NCBI RefSeq assembly: GCF_964213995.1
Contig: NC_135807.1
Location: forward strand, 69,254,001 to 69,318,000
Source of the DNA: Mustelus asterias
Lineage: Eukaryota
Direction: 5' to 3'
Length of the DNA: 64,000 nt
Shown here one piece after another: positions 37,297 to 48,783 of the stretch; within the stretch, counting starts at the first letter, position 1, and each line of letters opens with the position of its first letter. The translations under genes were made by a program, and so were the position numbers. The notes beneath the pieces were generated by a model. It did not search any database and was not told where the DNA came from. It worked only from the letters and a program-made list of their open reading frames with translations.

Positions 37297-38219
37297 AAGA
37301 AGTCTCACAACACCAGGTTAAAGTCCAACAGGTTTATTTGGTAGCAAAATCCACAAGCTTTCGGAGTGCTGCCCCTTCATCAGGTGAGTGGGAGTTCTGT
37401 TCACAAACAGGGCATATAAAGACACAAACTCAATTTACAAAATAATGGTTGGAATGCGAGTCTTTATAGGTAATCAAGTCTTAAAGGTACAGACAATGTG
37501 AGTGGAGAGAGGGTTAAGCACAGGTTAAAGAGATGTGTATTGTCTCCAAACAGGACAGTTAGTGAGATTTTGCAATCCCAGACAAGTCATGGGAGTTACA
37601 GATAGTGTAACATGAACCCAAGATCCAGGTTGAGGCCGTCCTCGCGTGCGGAACTTGGCTATCAGTGGCTTCCTGGGCTTGCAAAATCTCACTAACTGTC
37701 CTGTCTGGTGACCATACACATCTCTTTAACCTGTGCTTAACAGTTAGTGAGATTTTGCAAGCCCAGGAAGCCACTGATAGCCAAGTTCCGCGCACATGAG
37801 GACGGCCTCAACCGGGATCTTGGGTTCATGTTACACTATCTGTAACTCCCACGACTTGTCTGGGATTGCAAAATCTCACTAACTGCCCTGTCTGGAGACA
37901 ATGCACATCTCTTTAACCTGTGCTTAACGTTCGCTCCACTCACATTGTCTGTACCTTTAAGACTTGATTACCTATAAAGACTCGCATTCCAACCATTATT
38001 TTGTAAATTGAGTTTGTCTTCATATGCCCTGTTTGTGAACAGAGCTCCCACTTACCTGACGAAGGAGCAGCGCTCCGAAAGCTAATGGATTTTGCTACCA
38101 AATAAACCTGTTGGACTTTAACCTGGTGTTGTGAGACTTCTTACTGTGTTTACCCCAGTCCAACACTGGCATCTCCACATCATCACTGGCATCAACACTG
38201 GCATCTCCACATCATCACT
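37297..38219. mobile_element. ~850-bp fold-back Penelope-derived element with hammerhead motifs on both strands
   Basis: Arm 37295-37699 is the reverse complement of 37740-38144. Motifs at 37351-37387 (-) and 38052-38088 (+). Candidate TSD TACTCTGT at 37289 and 38220. Confidence 0.88.
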
Positions 38220-38261
38220 TACTCTGTGCCAGTTTAGATTTGATTTATTATTGTCGTATTG

Positions 38262-38600
38262 ACCATAAGACATAGGAGCGGAAGTAAGGCCATTCGGCCC
38301 ATCGAGTCCACTCCACCATTCAATCATGGTTGATTTCAACTCCATTTACCCGCTCTCTCCCCATAGCCCTTAATTCCTCGAGAAATCAAGAATTTATCAA
38401 TTTCTGTCTTTCTGTCTTGAAGACGCTCAACGTCTCGGCCTCCACAGCCCTCTGTGGCAATGAATTCCACAGACCCACCACTCTCTGGCTGAAGAAATTT
38501 CTCCTCATCTCTGTTCTAAAGTGACTCCCTTTTATTCTAAGGCTGTGCCCCCGCGTCCTAGTCTCCCCTGTTAATGGAAACAACTTCCCTACGTCCATCT
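38262..38600 (-). mobile_element. CR1 3' end
   Basis: LFPLTGETRTRGHSLRIKG..FRTEMRRNFFSQRVV plus tail. Confidence 0.85.
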
Positions 38601-39112
38601 TCTCTGTCTATCTTCACGGAGAGGGGAAAGTTTGGAGGGAAATGTCTTTACGAATTCCTGATGTGCTGCAACATGTTTGTGGATTCATAGGAATTTACAA
38701 CACGGAAGAAAGCTATTCAGTCTGTGATGCCCGTACTGATCTTTTGAAAGAGCAACCAAGTTTAGTCCCACATCCCAGCTTTTAGTGCCTAACTCTGCTG
38801 GTTTTTCATCCTTAATTACCTGTCCAACACTCTTTTAAAATTATTTATGGAATCAATTATCGCCACCTTTCGGATGCAGCATTCCAAATCCTGAGAACTC
38901 TGCGTGGAAAAGAAAATTTCCTTTTTGATCTCCCAGATTTATTACCAATGATTTTAAATGCATCACCCATTCAACAGGGAGACTGATTTTTGTATCTCTC
39001 TACTCTGTCAAAACCTGTCATCTTCTTAAAGATCTCTATTAAGCCACCTTTTAACCTTTCTGTTCTAAAGAAAATATATGTAACTTTTCAAAACTCTCCT
39101 CATTATTAGTAA

Positions 39113-39414
39113 ATGGTGGCACAGTGGTTAGCATTGCTACCTCACAGCGCCAGGGACCTAAGTTCAATTCCCGACTTGGGTCACTGTCTGTGTGGAGTCC
39201 ATACATTCTCCCTATGTCTGCAAGGATTTCCTTTGGGTGCTCCAGTTTCCTCCCACAGCCCGAAAGATGTGCTAGTTAGGCGCATTGGCCATGCTAAATT
39301 CTCTCTGTGTACCCGAACAGGCGCCGGAGTGTGGCGACTAGGGGATTTTCACAGTAACTTCATTGCAGTGTTAATGTAAGCCTACTTGTGACACTAATAA
39401 ATAAACTAAACTAA
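39113..39414 (+). mobile_element. HE1-like SINE (AATAAA-tail variant)
   Basis: A and B boxes, core, and tail CACTAATAAATAAACTAAA. Confidence 0.85.
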
Positions 39415-42224
39415 ATCTTCTCTCTGCCCTTTTTAAGGCATTGTCACCTTCCCTGCTGTGTGGTGTTCAGAATTGTCCACCATGCTCCAGCTGAGGCCAA
39501 GCCAGTGCCCTACAAAATTCTCACATTACCTCTTTATTTCTATATTCTGTTTTTCTATTTATGAACATAAGTTGTCAATGCACTTTTTTAACCACCTTAT
39601 CAATTTGCTGTGTCACCTTTTAAGGATTTGTATATGGGCACCAAGTTCTCTCTGCTCATCTACACTTTCCAAACCCTTGCCATTTGCATGATATCATGTT
39701 CGTCCTTCCGAAGTGCATCCACTTTGAATTCCATCTGCCATCCTTCAATCCATCTCACTATCCTTGTATGTTACCCTGAAACCTTATTTCCTAAAGGTAG
39801 TATTGGGATGACCTTATTTGCCCTCCTTGTGTCATAAGATTTATGATTTATTGAGGCAAGTCCATTTTCTAATTAACCTAATGCACCTATTTAAGCTTGA
39901 TTTAATTAATGTTCCACCGCTGATGGCCAAAAAAGCTATAAAGATTCACAGGACTTCATTTATTTTAGAGAAAGCCTATTTTCAGATTAATTTGACTTGC
40001 ATAACTGTTAAGGTCCAATCAGAATTGTTAAGTAATCTGTTCTCTGTACTAGCTGCATAAGGATATTTTGCAAGAGGTTTTTTCTTTCTCTTCCCTGTCA
40101 TTTACACTGTTATAATGACAAAGTAAAAATGAGTCACAAAATTCATTAAATATCCCTTATTAGATTCTCTAACATTTGAGCCACTTGGCCTAGAAGTTAC
40201 GGAGAACTGAAATACTTTGCAGCAATATCGACAAATGAACTGGAACAGAAATAGCAAAATTAAGATATATTGTAAATTAGAAACCATTTAAATTACAAGG
40301 GAAGGTGTAGAAGCTCAAGGTAAATAAAACCTTCAGCTTTAACAATTTATCAATGTACACAGATCCAAAGAGATTTTGATGTAATAGACAGTATAAGTAC
40401 AGTGGCTGGAACATGCATAGACTTTACAAAAGTGTTTTGCAAGTTACCACATGCAAGATTACCATAGAAGATTAAGTCATTTGTAAGTAAGTGTTCGCAA
40501 ACAGGATTAAAGTTGGTTAGACGGAAGAAAGCAGAGGAGGAGTTAAAGCAGTTTACAAAGTAATTGGAATAGGGTTGTGATGTCCCACAGCATACTGGGA
40601 AGATTCTGTTCACGGTGTGGACTAATGATTTGGACATAAACCTCAGGGGACGGCAATTGTCATTGGCAAATTATATCAAAATAGAGAGTGTAGTTAATAG
40701 TTCCAAAGAAACTGCGAAGGGGATATTGACAGGATGGAGCAATGGCTTAAAAAGTGCCAGATGGAATTTAATGTCTGTGGTTAAGCAATAACAGCAGTAT
40801 TTACAAATCTGCTAAAAATTTCCACTATTCCAGGAGCATCCACCCTCGCATTCAACACTAAGTGTGAGAGGTTTAAGAACTTCTTTAACGCTGCGATTGG
40901 AACCATTTGATCAGTTTCCTGTGCCACTTCAATCAAGGGCCAGAGAAAGAAATCTCAGGCCCTGGTGCTCTCCTTTTTCCAGGCCCCTTACCTACCCCCA
41001 CAAAATTTTCCCTTTAACCTTCTCCCTTCCCCCTCAGTCATACATGTTACCTTTGTCCTTTTGAGATTCACCAGTCAATTTACCCAACAATCACAGAAAG
41101 ATCATAGTAAAATGATAATACCCATTCTTGACATCTGGTTACAAATAATATATATGCAGCCTGGTGAATCATTAGTATTGAGAGCAGCAACAATAGAAAG
41201 GACTTTTAGTTTGAGTGCACCCCATAGGTAATCTCACCATGATTATTAAATAAGCCACAGTACAGATTTTATTTCAACAGCATCATGCTATATTGTTAAT
41301 TTGATCTCCTCAGTTATTTATAACACTGTGACAATGATGACATTGACCCTGGTGAGTGCCTCAGATGTCCTGCACATTGCACCATATGTACGGAGTGACA
41401 ATAAATACATGTTTGAGGGAAACATTCAATCGCCTCAATCCAGCTTTCAAGGATACCTTTCAGGTTTTGTTTTACATATTTTGACTACCCATTCTATATA
41501 AAAAAGCAAGACCACTTCCATGCTGCAGCTCACATTGTTTCATTGTTGTGAAATGGAAAGAGTACGGGAGGAGGAGCAGAATCCCATTCACTTGCCATTG
41601 TCTGAGCTTCCTTCTCCCTCCCTGTACACAGTACTCACCTCGATCAAGATAACTCTACCGCTAAAAGAACATTTCAGTTCCCTAGAAGTGGCTTGGCTGG
41701 GTCAGACCCGGTGTCAGGCTAAGTGAAAGCTTCCTCGGGCCTGCTCTGGCCTCTATCGGCAGAGACTCACTCCTGTTCTTTAATTTTCTATTTCTTCTCC
41801 TTGGCCTCTCGGGAGATGTTGTCATAAAGAGTTATGTGCAGTTGAAAGATTCTTGTATAGTGGTGAATGGGAATGACCAGAATAACTCATCCAGCCCATC
41901 CAATCATAGGTTCCCCTATCCTTGCTTCACCTCCAATCATAGATTCTGTCTTTAGATGGCAAGAGGAAGAGAACCTTTGATTTGAGGAACAATGACAAAC
42001 TTGGGAACCGAATGCACGGTCTTGTCTCATTGCTTTCCCCAGTAGATTGCATTCAGCAAGTCTTGCCAATTTCAAAAAAAGATAGCCCTCAGCAGCACAC
42101 CGACACTGTTGTTCTGTTCATTCACTTGTTCATTTCTTTTTCATACACAAAATGGAAGTGCAGTGCCAGATGATTTTTGCACACCAATCAGCCTGAGGGA
42201 GAGAGGAACAGACATAATAATAAT

Positions 42225-43440
42225 GGGGAACACAGAACTGGCAGAGACACTCAATCAATATTTTGCTTTGGTCTTCACAGTGGAGGACACTAGAGCCATC
42301 CCAATAGTAACAGGTAATGCAGAGGTTGTGGAAAAGGAGGAACTTAAAACAATCACCATCACTAGGGAAAAAGCGCTGAGCAATCTATTCAGATTAGAGG
42401 CAGACAAATCCCCAGGACCTGATGACCTACATCCTGGGGTCTTAAAGGAAGCGACAGCAGAAATAGTGGAGGCATTGGTTATAATATTCCCAAATTCCAA
42501 GGTTCCAGTGGATTGGAAAAAGGCTAATGTAATGCGCCTGGTTATAAAAGCAGGAAACTATCGACCAGTTAATTTAATGTTTGTTGTTGGGAAACTGTTG
42601 GAATCCATTATTAAGGAAGTAGTAATGGGATATTTGGAAAGTCAAAATACAATCCATCAGAGTCAACATGGTTTTATAAAGGGTAAATCGTGTTTGACTC
42701 GTTTGCTGGAGTTCTTTGAAGATGTAACAAGCAAAGTGGATAATGAGGGTCCTGTAGATGTAGTGTATCTGGACTTCCAAAAGGCATTTGATAAGGTGCC
42801 ACACAAGGTTTATATACAAGGAATAATCCCACGGGATTGGGGCAATATACTATCTTGGATTGAGTATTGTCTAACCAACAGAAAGCAGAGAGTGGTCATC
42901 CAGCAGTAAGGATACACCTGTAGCAAGCAATAAAAGAACTAACTTTACAAAGTAAATCAAAGAAAATGTTTAATAAAGAAACTCCATTGCACCACCACTT
43001 GGGCCATGCCCTGGGCCACACATGCTTCTCACAATCCCCGTCTGCTTTCTATTTATACCAGGTCAGCTGACCCAAACAAGAGAGAGTTGGGATAAATGGG
43101 TCTTTTTCTGGGTTGCCAAGCTGTTACGAGTGATATGCCACAGGATTTGGTCCTTGGGAGCCCCAACTATTTACAATCTATTGGTTTCACAGGTCGGCGC
43201 AACATCTAGGGCCGAAGGGCCTGTACTGCGCTGTTATGTTCTATGTTCTAAATATTAATGACTTGGATGCAGGGATGGAATGTACTATAGCCAAATTTGC
43301 AGATGACACGAAAATAGTTGGGAAAGCAAGTTGCAATGAGGAAATAAGAAATTTACAAATGAATATGGACAGGTTAGATGAGTGAGCCAAAATTTGGCAG
43401 ATGGAGTTTTACATGGGTAAGTGTGAGGTGATCCATTTGT
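42225..43440 (+). mobile_element. Decayed CR1 RT fragment with two nested small insertions
   Basis: ORF 42109..42909 has KSPGPD, QHGFIKGKSCLT and DFQKAFDKVPH; it resumes after 43087 (KFADDT near 43295). Confidence 0.85.
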
Positions 43441-43592
43441 CATGAAAGTTGCGATATAAATCCAAGACTTTCTTTTTTCTGACTTTAAGAATTTTGTATC
43501 AACATTCAAAATAGGTTCTTGAGTGATTGATCACAGATGGTCATTTGTTTTGCTAGACTCCCTATGAAACATTTTTTAACAGTGTGGAGCTG

Positions 43593-44887
43593 ATGGGGGA
43601 GATTCTCCCAAAAAAGTTCTAAGTGTCGAATTTGCGTAAAAACTGGAGTAAATCGCACTTTTTTTTTCAGATTGAGTGTGCACTGCAGAGTGCACTAGCG
43701 TGATTCACTCCAGAAATCAGAGGGCGGAGCCTATTCCCACTGGAGAGGCCGGAAGCATAGCTCTGAACAGGACACTGTGCATGCGCTGATCTGTCAGCAC
43801 CTCGATCTTCCACCCTGACCCCCCCCCCTCCCCCGCCAGTTGTCTGTCCCCTCCCCCACACCTCGATGGCCAGCCCCGATCACTGGCGTCCCTCTCTCAA
43901 CCGAGATATTGGGTTTATGTCACACTATTTCACATAAATATTTCTGCTTTTTTCCTCCTGAGTCTTTATCATGCGATCCTAGAATCAGAATTTATGTCAC
44001 ACTATTTGTAACTCCCACAGTTGCGTGGACCTGCAGAGTTTCACTGGCTGTCTTGTCTGGAGACAATACACATCTTTTTAGCCTGTCTTGATGCTCTCTC
44101 CACTCCCATTGTTTTGTTTCTTAAAGACTGGATTAGTTGTAAGTATTCGCATTCCAACCATTATTCATGTAAATTGAGTCTGTGTCTTATAAGTTCTGTT
44201 TGTGAACAGAATTCCCACTCACCTGAAGAAGGGGCTCAGAGCCTCGAAAGCTTGTGTGGCTTTTGCTACCAAATAAACCTGTTGGACTTTAACCTGGTGT
44301 TGTTAAACTTCTTACTGTGTCCCTCTCTCTACCATTGATCCCGACTGCAGAGTGACAACGGGACCCTCCACACCCCTCAGATGCCATGCCCCTTGGCACT
44401 GCCCCATGCCTGGTGGCTCAGTGCCAAGATGCCTCCTGAGCATTGGTACTTTGCCCCTTGGGCAGTGCCAGGCTGGCACTGCCACGGTGGCAATCCCCAG
44501 GGGGCACACCCTGACCTCCTGGGGGGCCTCAGTTGCCTCCCTATCACTCCAGCAGGGTAGGGCCGCCAACTCCCCGTAAGTGGGGAGCTATACTGAACCG
44601 CACTGGAGTGAAATGCTCTTGGCGGCGGGGGGAGAGGCTAGCGGACCCGGAGATTTCAGTCCCGGGCCCACTAGTAGGATTTAAGTTGTATTAAAATTAG
44701 CGGCTGCATACATTAGGCAGCTCCACGCCGATTTCTGGCGCAGAGCTGACGGTGCAAGAAATCCACTGCTGGGAGACACGCGGAGGCCGTGGCACCCAGC
44801 AGGGAGCCTGCGAAACCGCCTCCGCTAGGGTCTCCCGGCTTGCTGCGCTCAAAAAGCAAAGCAACGGGATGGGAGAATCTCCCCCAT
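43593..44887. mobile_element. GC-rich MITE-like element with perfect 18-bp terminal inverted repeats
   Basis: ATGGGGGAGATTCTCCCA at 43593-43610 and TGGGAGAATCTCCCCCAT at 44870-44887. Confidence 0.75.
43899..44318 (+). mobile_element. Penelope pLTR fragment with hammerhead motif at 44219-44257
   Basis: Motif CAC-CUGAAGA-A-GGGGCU CAG AGCCUC-GAAA-GCUU-GUG. TSD GTCCCTCTCTC at 43888-43898 and 44319-44329. Confidence 0.82.
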
Positions 44888-46306
44888 ATGTCTGATTTGC
44901 TGATTTCCGTGTTGTTACTGAGAATATCTTCAAGCTTCACATACCACAAACACCGGAGGAGGTGGCTGAGTCATGTTCCAAGCATTGCTTTTCCAGTTGA
45001 TCATCCATGGATGGCTGCCACTTCCAAATACTTTTTGTGGCAAATAAATATTTCACCTTCACACAGTGCCTCATCTGTCCCATGTTTACACTTTGCGTGA
45101 AGGTCTTTCTAATCTGTTCGCATTTAGAAATTTTACTCAGTTCAGAGAGGAGTTAACCCCAGAATGCTTCTGCCAATGTATTTTAGTCAGTCTATTTCAC
45201 AATCTATTCCCTCTTTTATGAATCATAAATTGGACTCCTTTACAGAGCGCAGTAAGAACTTAATGGTAACCATTCACTAAACAGGGACAACTGATTTTCA
45301 AATGATTCCAACTACTTAAACAACACAAGATCTTTTCCACTCTGTAGAAAGAAGACTTTCTCCTGCCTGGGTGCATAATATTATTCAATATAATTATTTC
45401 ATACAAGGGTTATAACAATTGGGATTCTATTTTATCACTAACTTCACACAGTAGAAAGATCAAATGGCTCCTGAGCAACAAAATGGAATGATTGCGCAAC
45501 ATATGCCTTCACTGTCAATAAGAAGCGTTGGTGCCCTCAGGTCCCAGCTCTCTGGTGTCTCTGTGTGGTACAACTTTAAGAGGCTAGAGGACAAAGACTG
45601 GATGGTTCACAATCATATCTGTGTTTTCTTGATCAGCAAGCCTCAAAGCTCTGTTGATTTCTTCCTCTCACTACAATATATTTTCAACATCTGCTATTCA
45701 ACACAACCTTATCACGATATTTCAATACCTCAAACTCATACCAAACAGCACCAAGGTAGAGTAGGACAATAAATAAGTTGACCAGTCCCTTCCCCTAGCC
45801 CACTGGGCTAAACTTCCTCCAACGGTCTCCCCTTCCCTCGCTCTGAACTCACATCTTTCTCGAATTTTTCTCCTATTTCCCCTCATGGCCTCTGAGCTTG
45901 TTTTCTCATTGAAACCCACCTCCAGCTCCTTTGACGCTATTCCTACTCACCCCCCCATCTTGGGTCCCATGTTTGCTAATATTATTTACAGTTTTCTCTT
46001 CAGCTGCTGTCCCCATTTCAAATCTGCTATCATCATCCCTTCTTGTCACAATATCATTGCTTGACATCCCTGTTCTTGCAAGCTTCTGCCTCATCTTCAA
46101 ACCTTCTTTCCTCTCCAAAGTCTTTGAATGGCTGCTTTCTCTCAGTTTTGTATCCATCACTCCCAGAACTCTATCTTTGAATCCCTTCAATCATGTTTCA
46201 GCCCCTACCACAGTCACAAAATGGCTCTTATCAAAGACACAAATGACATCCTATGTGATTGTGGGAAAGGTAAACCCTTCCCATCCCTCTCAACCTGTCT
46301 ACAGCA

Positions 46307-48155
46307 TGTGGTGAGCCATCGTTGGTTCCCACTGGATAGTACTGAGCCAGGGTCTGGCCAGTACTACAAGGATGTACATATGTTACTGTTGGGTTGTGCT
46401 ACTTGTTGCTGTTGGGGTTAGGGTGGGGTTGTTACACCTTTGTACTGTAGTGTTGTGGTACATCCCAGTCGGGCTCCACCTCCTGGGAGAGGTATAAAGG
46501 TCCCTGCTCTGGCTGGGACCCCTCGGTCTGGGATCGTGTATATAATTATTGGCTGCTTCATTACAGTAAATAAAAGCCTTTATTTCCCGAGCATCTAGCC
46601 TCGTGTTTGATAACGCGCATCAATTTTATTTACTGTTGTTAAACTCTCCTTGAAGAAAAAAAAAGAGAGTATGGAGCAGATCCTGAAGCCGGAATGCCTT
46701 ACGTTAGATCCACATGCGGTGGGCGCCTCTAACACCTTCGACCACTGGCTGAAGTGCTTCGAAGACTACCTGGCAGCCTCCGCAGCGGTCACCACAGATG
46801 ATGACAGACTCCGGGTCCTCCATGCGAGGGTAAGCGACACTGTCTACCTCGCGATCCGCGCGGCCACCGATTATACAAAGGCCCTCGAGCTTCTGAAGAA
46901 GCGTTATATCAAACCGCCCAATGAAATACATGCTCGTTACCTCTTAGCCACTCGACGACGGCAGTCTGGCGAAACGATGGAGGAATATGCGAACGAGCTC
47001 CTACAGCTAGCCAGGGGCTGTAACTGCAAAGCTGTGTCGGCTGAGCAGAGCATGAACGACCTCGCCCGAGATGCGTTTGTGGCGGGAGTCGGATCGTCGT
47101 ACATTCGACTTAAACTATTGGAGAAAGGTAACCTTGACCTTACCCAGGCAATCGAGCTAGCAGAGATGCTGGAGACGGCCTCCAAAAGCTTAGTATTGTA
47201 TCCGGAAGACCACGTGGAGACAACGTGGCAGGAGCAGTCGCCAATCCCTCCTCGTCCCTCGGGTTCGAAATGCTGCGTAATGGCGTGCTCACACTCGGGC
47301 CAGACGACGGCAGCAGATCCGGGCGGCTCGCGGTGTTACTTCTGTGGGGGAGCGAAGCACACTCGGCAATGGTGTCCCGCTAAGGCTGTGTTGTGCTCCG
47401 CCTGCGGTAAGAAAGGGCACTATTCGAAAGTGTGCAGATCTAAATCTAGGAACGGCAGTGTGGCCTGCGATTCTTCAGAGCTCGGCTCTTTGTCGTCGAA
47501 ATCATCAAGGGGTTCGTCCACGTGCGAGGCCAGGACGACGCCATTACGGTCGACGGAGTCGGAGGTGTGTGACCACCAGGGGTCGCTGAGTTTGGCGCCA
47601 TCACCCACGTGCGACTTATGGGAGCGGCCATGTTGGTCGGCACCGACCGCGAACGACCAGCAGGGGTCCTCCTCGTCGATTTCAGCTGCCTGCAGTGGCG
47701 CTCATGAACCAACGGTGGCGTCGAACATCCTGGACCAGGCCAAGCCTCATAGACTTGACAAATCTATGATGAACTTATAGACTGATGACACTTTATTCTG
47801 TTTTTTTGTACCCCGCCGGCCTTTGTTCTCAAAGGAGGGGTGAATGTGGTGAACCATCGTTGGTTCCCACTGGATAGTACTGAGCCAGGGTCTGGCCAGT
47901 ACTACAAGGATGTACATATGTTACTGTTGGGTTACTTGTTGCTGTTGGGGTTAGGGTGGGGTTGTTACACCTTTGTACTGTAGTGTTGTGGTACATCCCA
48001 GTCGGGCTCCGCCTCCTGGGAGAGGTATAAAAGTCCCTGCTCTGGCTGGGACCCCTCAGTCTGGGATCGTGTATATAATTATTGGCTGCTTCATTACAGT
48101 AAATAAAAGCCTTTATTTCCCGAGCATCTAGCCTCGTGTTTGATAACGCGCATCA
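46307..48155 (+). mobile_element. Young non-autonomous Gypsy-like LTR retrotransposon (LTR-gag-LTR, pol deleted)
   Basis: LTRs at 46307-46622 and 47845-48155 (TG...CA) differ by about four substitutions and one 5-bp indel. 5-bp TSD CAGCA at 46302-46306 and 48156-48160. PPT AAAGGAGGGG at 47831. Confidence 0.95.
46671..47780 (+). CDS. gag: Gag (capsid plus two CCHC zinc knuckles), uninterrupted, 369 aa from ATG
   Basis: CYFCGGAKHTRQWC and CSACGKKGHYSKVC knuckles; RQSGETMEEY MHR-like segment; ends before any protease D[ST]G motif. Confidence 0.88.
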   Translation: MEQILKPECLTLDPHAVGASNTFDHWLKCFEDYLAASAAVTTDDDRLRVLHARVSDTVYLAIRAATDYTKALELLKKRYIKPPNEIHARYLLATRRRQSGETMEEYANELLQLARGCNCKAVSAEQSMNDLARDAFVAGVGSSYIRLKLLEKGNLDLTQAIELAEMLETASKSLVLYPEDHVETTWQEQSPIPPRPSGSKCCVMACSHSGQTTAADPGGSRCYFCGGAKHTRQWCPAKAVLCSACGKKGHYSKVCRSKSRNGSVACDSSELGSLSSKSSRGSSTCEARTTPLRSTESEVCDHQGSLSLAPSPTCDLWERPCWSAPTANDQQGSSSSISAACSGAHEPTVASNILDQAKPHRLDKSMMNL

Positions 48156-48444
48156 CAGCATTTGATAGTTGACTGCACCTTCCTCCTCCGATACCTGTCC
48201 ACCTGTCATCCAGTGGGGTGGGACTGCAATGGCTTCTCTTCCCAATCCCATTGTTACCTCTGGTGCTCCTGCTGTTCTTGGCCGCTCCTATTTCTAATCC
48301 ACATGCTGCCCCTCAGCACCATCATCTGAAAACAATTTTCACAGGTACACTCTCAGCAGCCAGCTCTACCCCAGCACCATCACTCTCGACTTCTGTCTCA
48401 GTACTATTCCTAAATTATCATCTGCTGGTCTGAAATCCAATACT

Positions 48445-48783
48445 GGGCGGCACGGTAGCACAGTGGTTAGCACTGCTGCTTCACAGCTCCAGGGTCCCGG
48501 GTTCGATTCCCGGCTCGGGTCACTGTCTGTGTGGAGTTTGCACATTCTCCTCGTGTCTGCATGGGTTTCCTCCGGGTGCTCCGGTTTCCTCCCACAGTCC
48601 AAAGATGTGCAGGTTAGGTTGATTGGCCAGGTTAAAAATTGCCCCTTAGAGTCCTGAGATGCGTACATTAGCGGGTAAAATATGTGGGGGTAGGGCCTGG
48701 GTGGGATTGTGGTCGGTGCAGACTCGATGGGCCAAATGGCCTCCTTCTGCACTGTAGGGTTTCTATGATTTCTATGATTTCTA
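48445..48783 (+). mobile_element. Full-length HE1-like SINE (CR1-tail variant)
   Basis: GGGCGGCACGGTAGCACAGTGGTTAGC head, GGTTCGATTCC B box, (TTCTATGA)n tail. Confidence 0.92.

Noticed and set aside
48445-48520. tRNA-like sequence with A and B boxes
   Set aside because: It is the SINE head; it runs into the SINE core and tail and recurs in many diverged copies.
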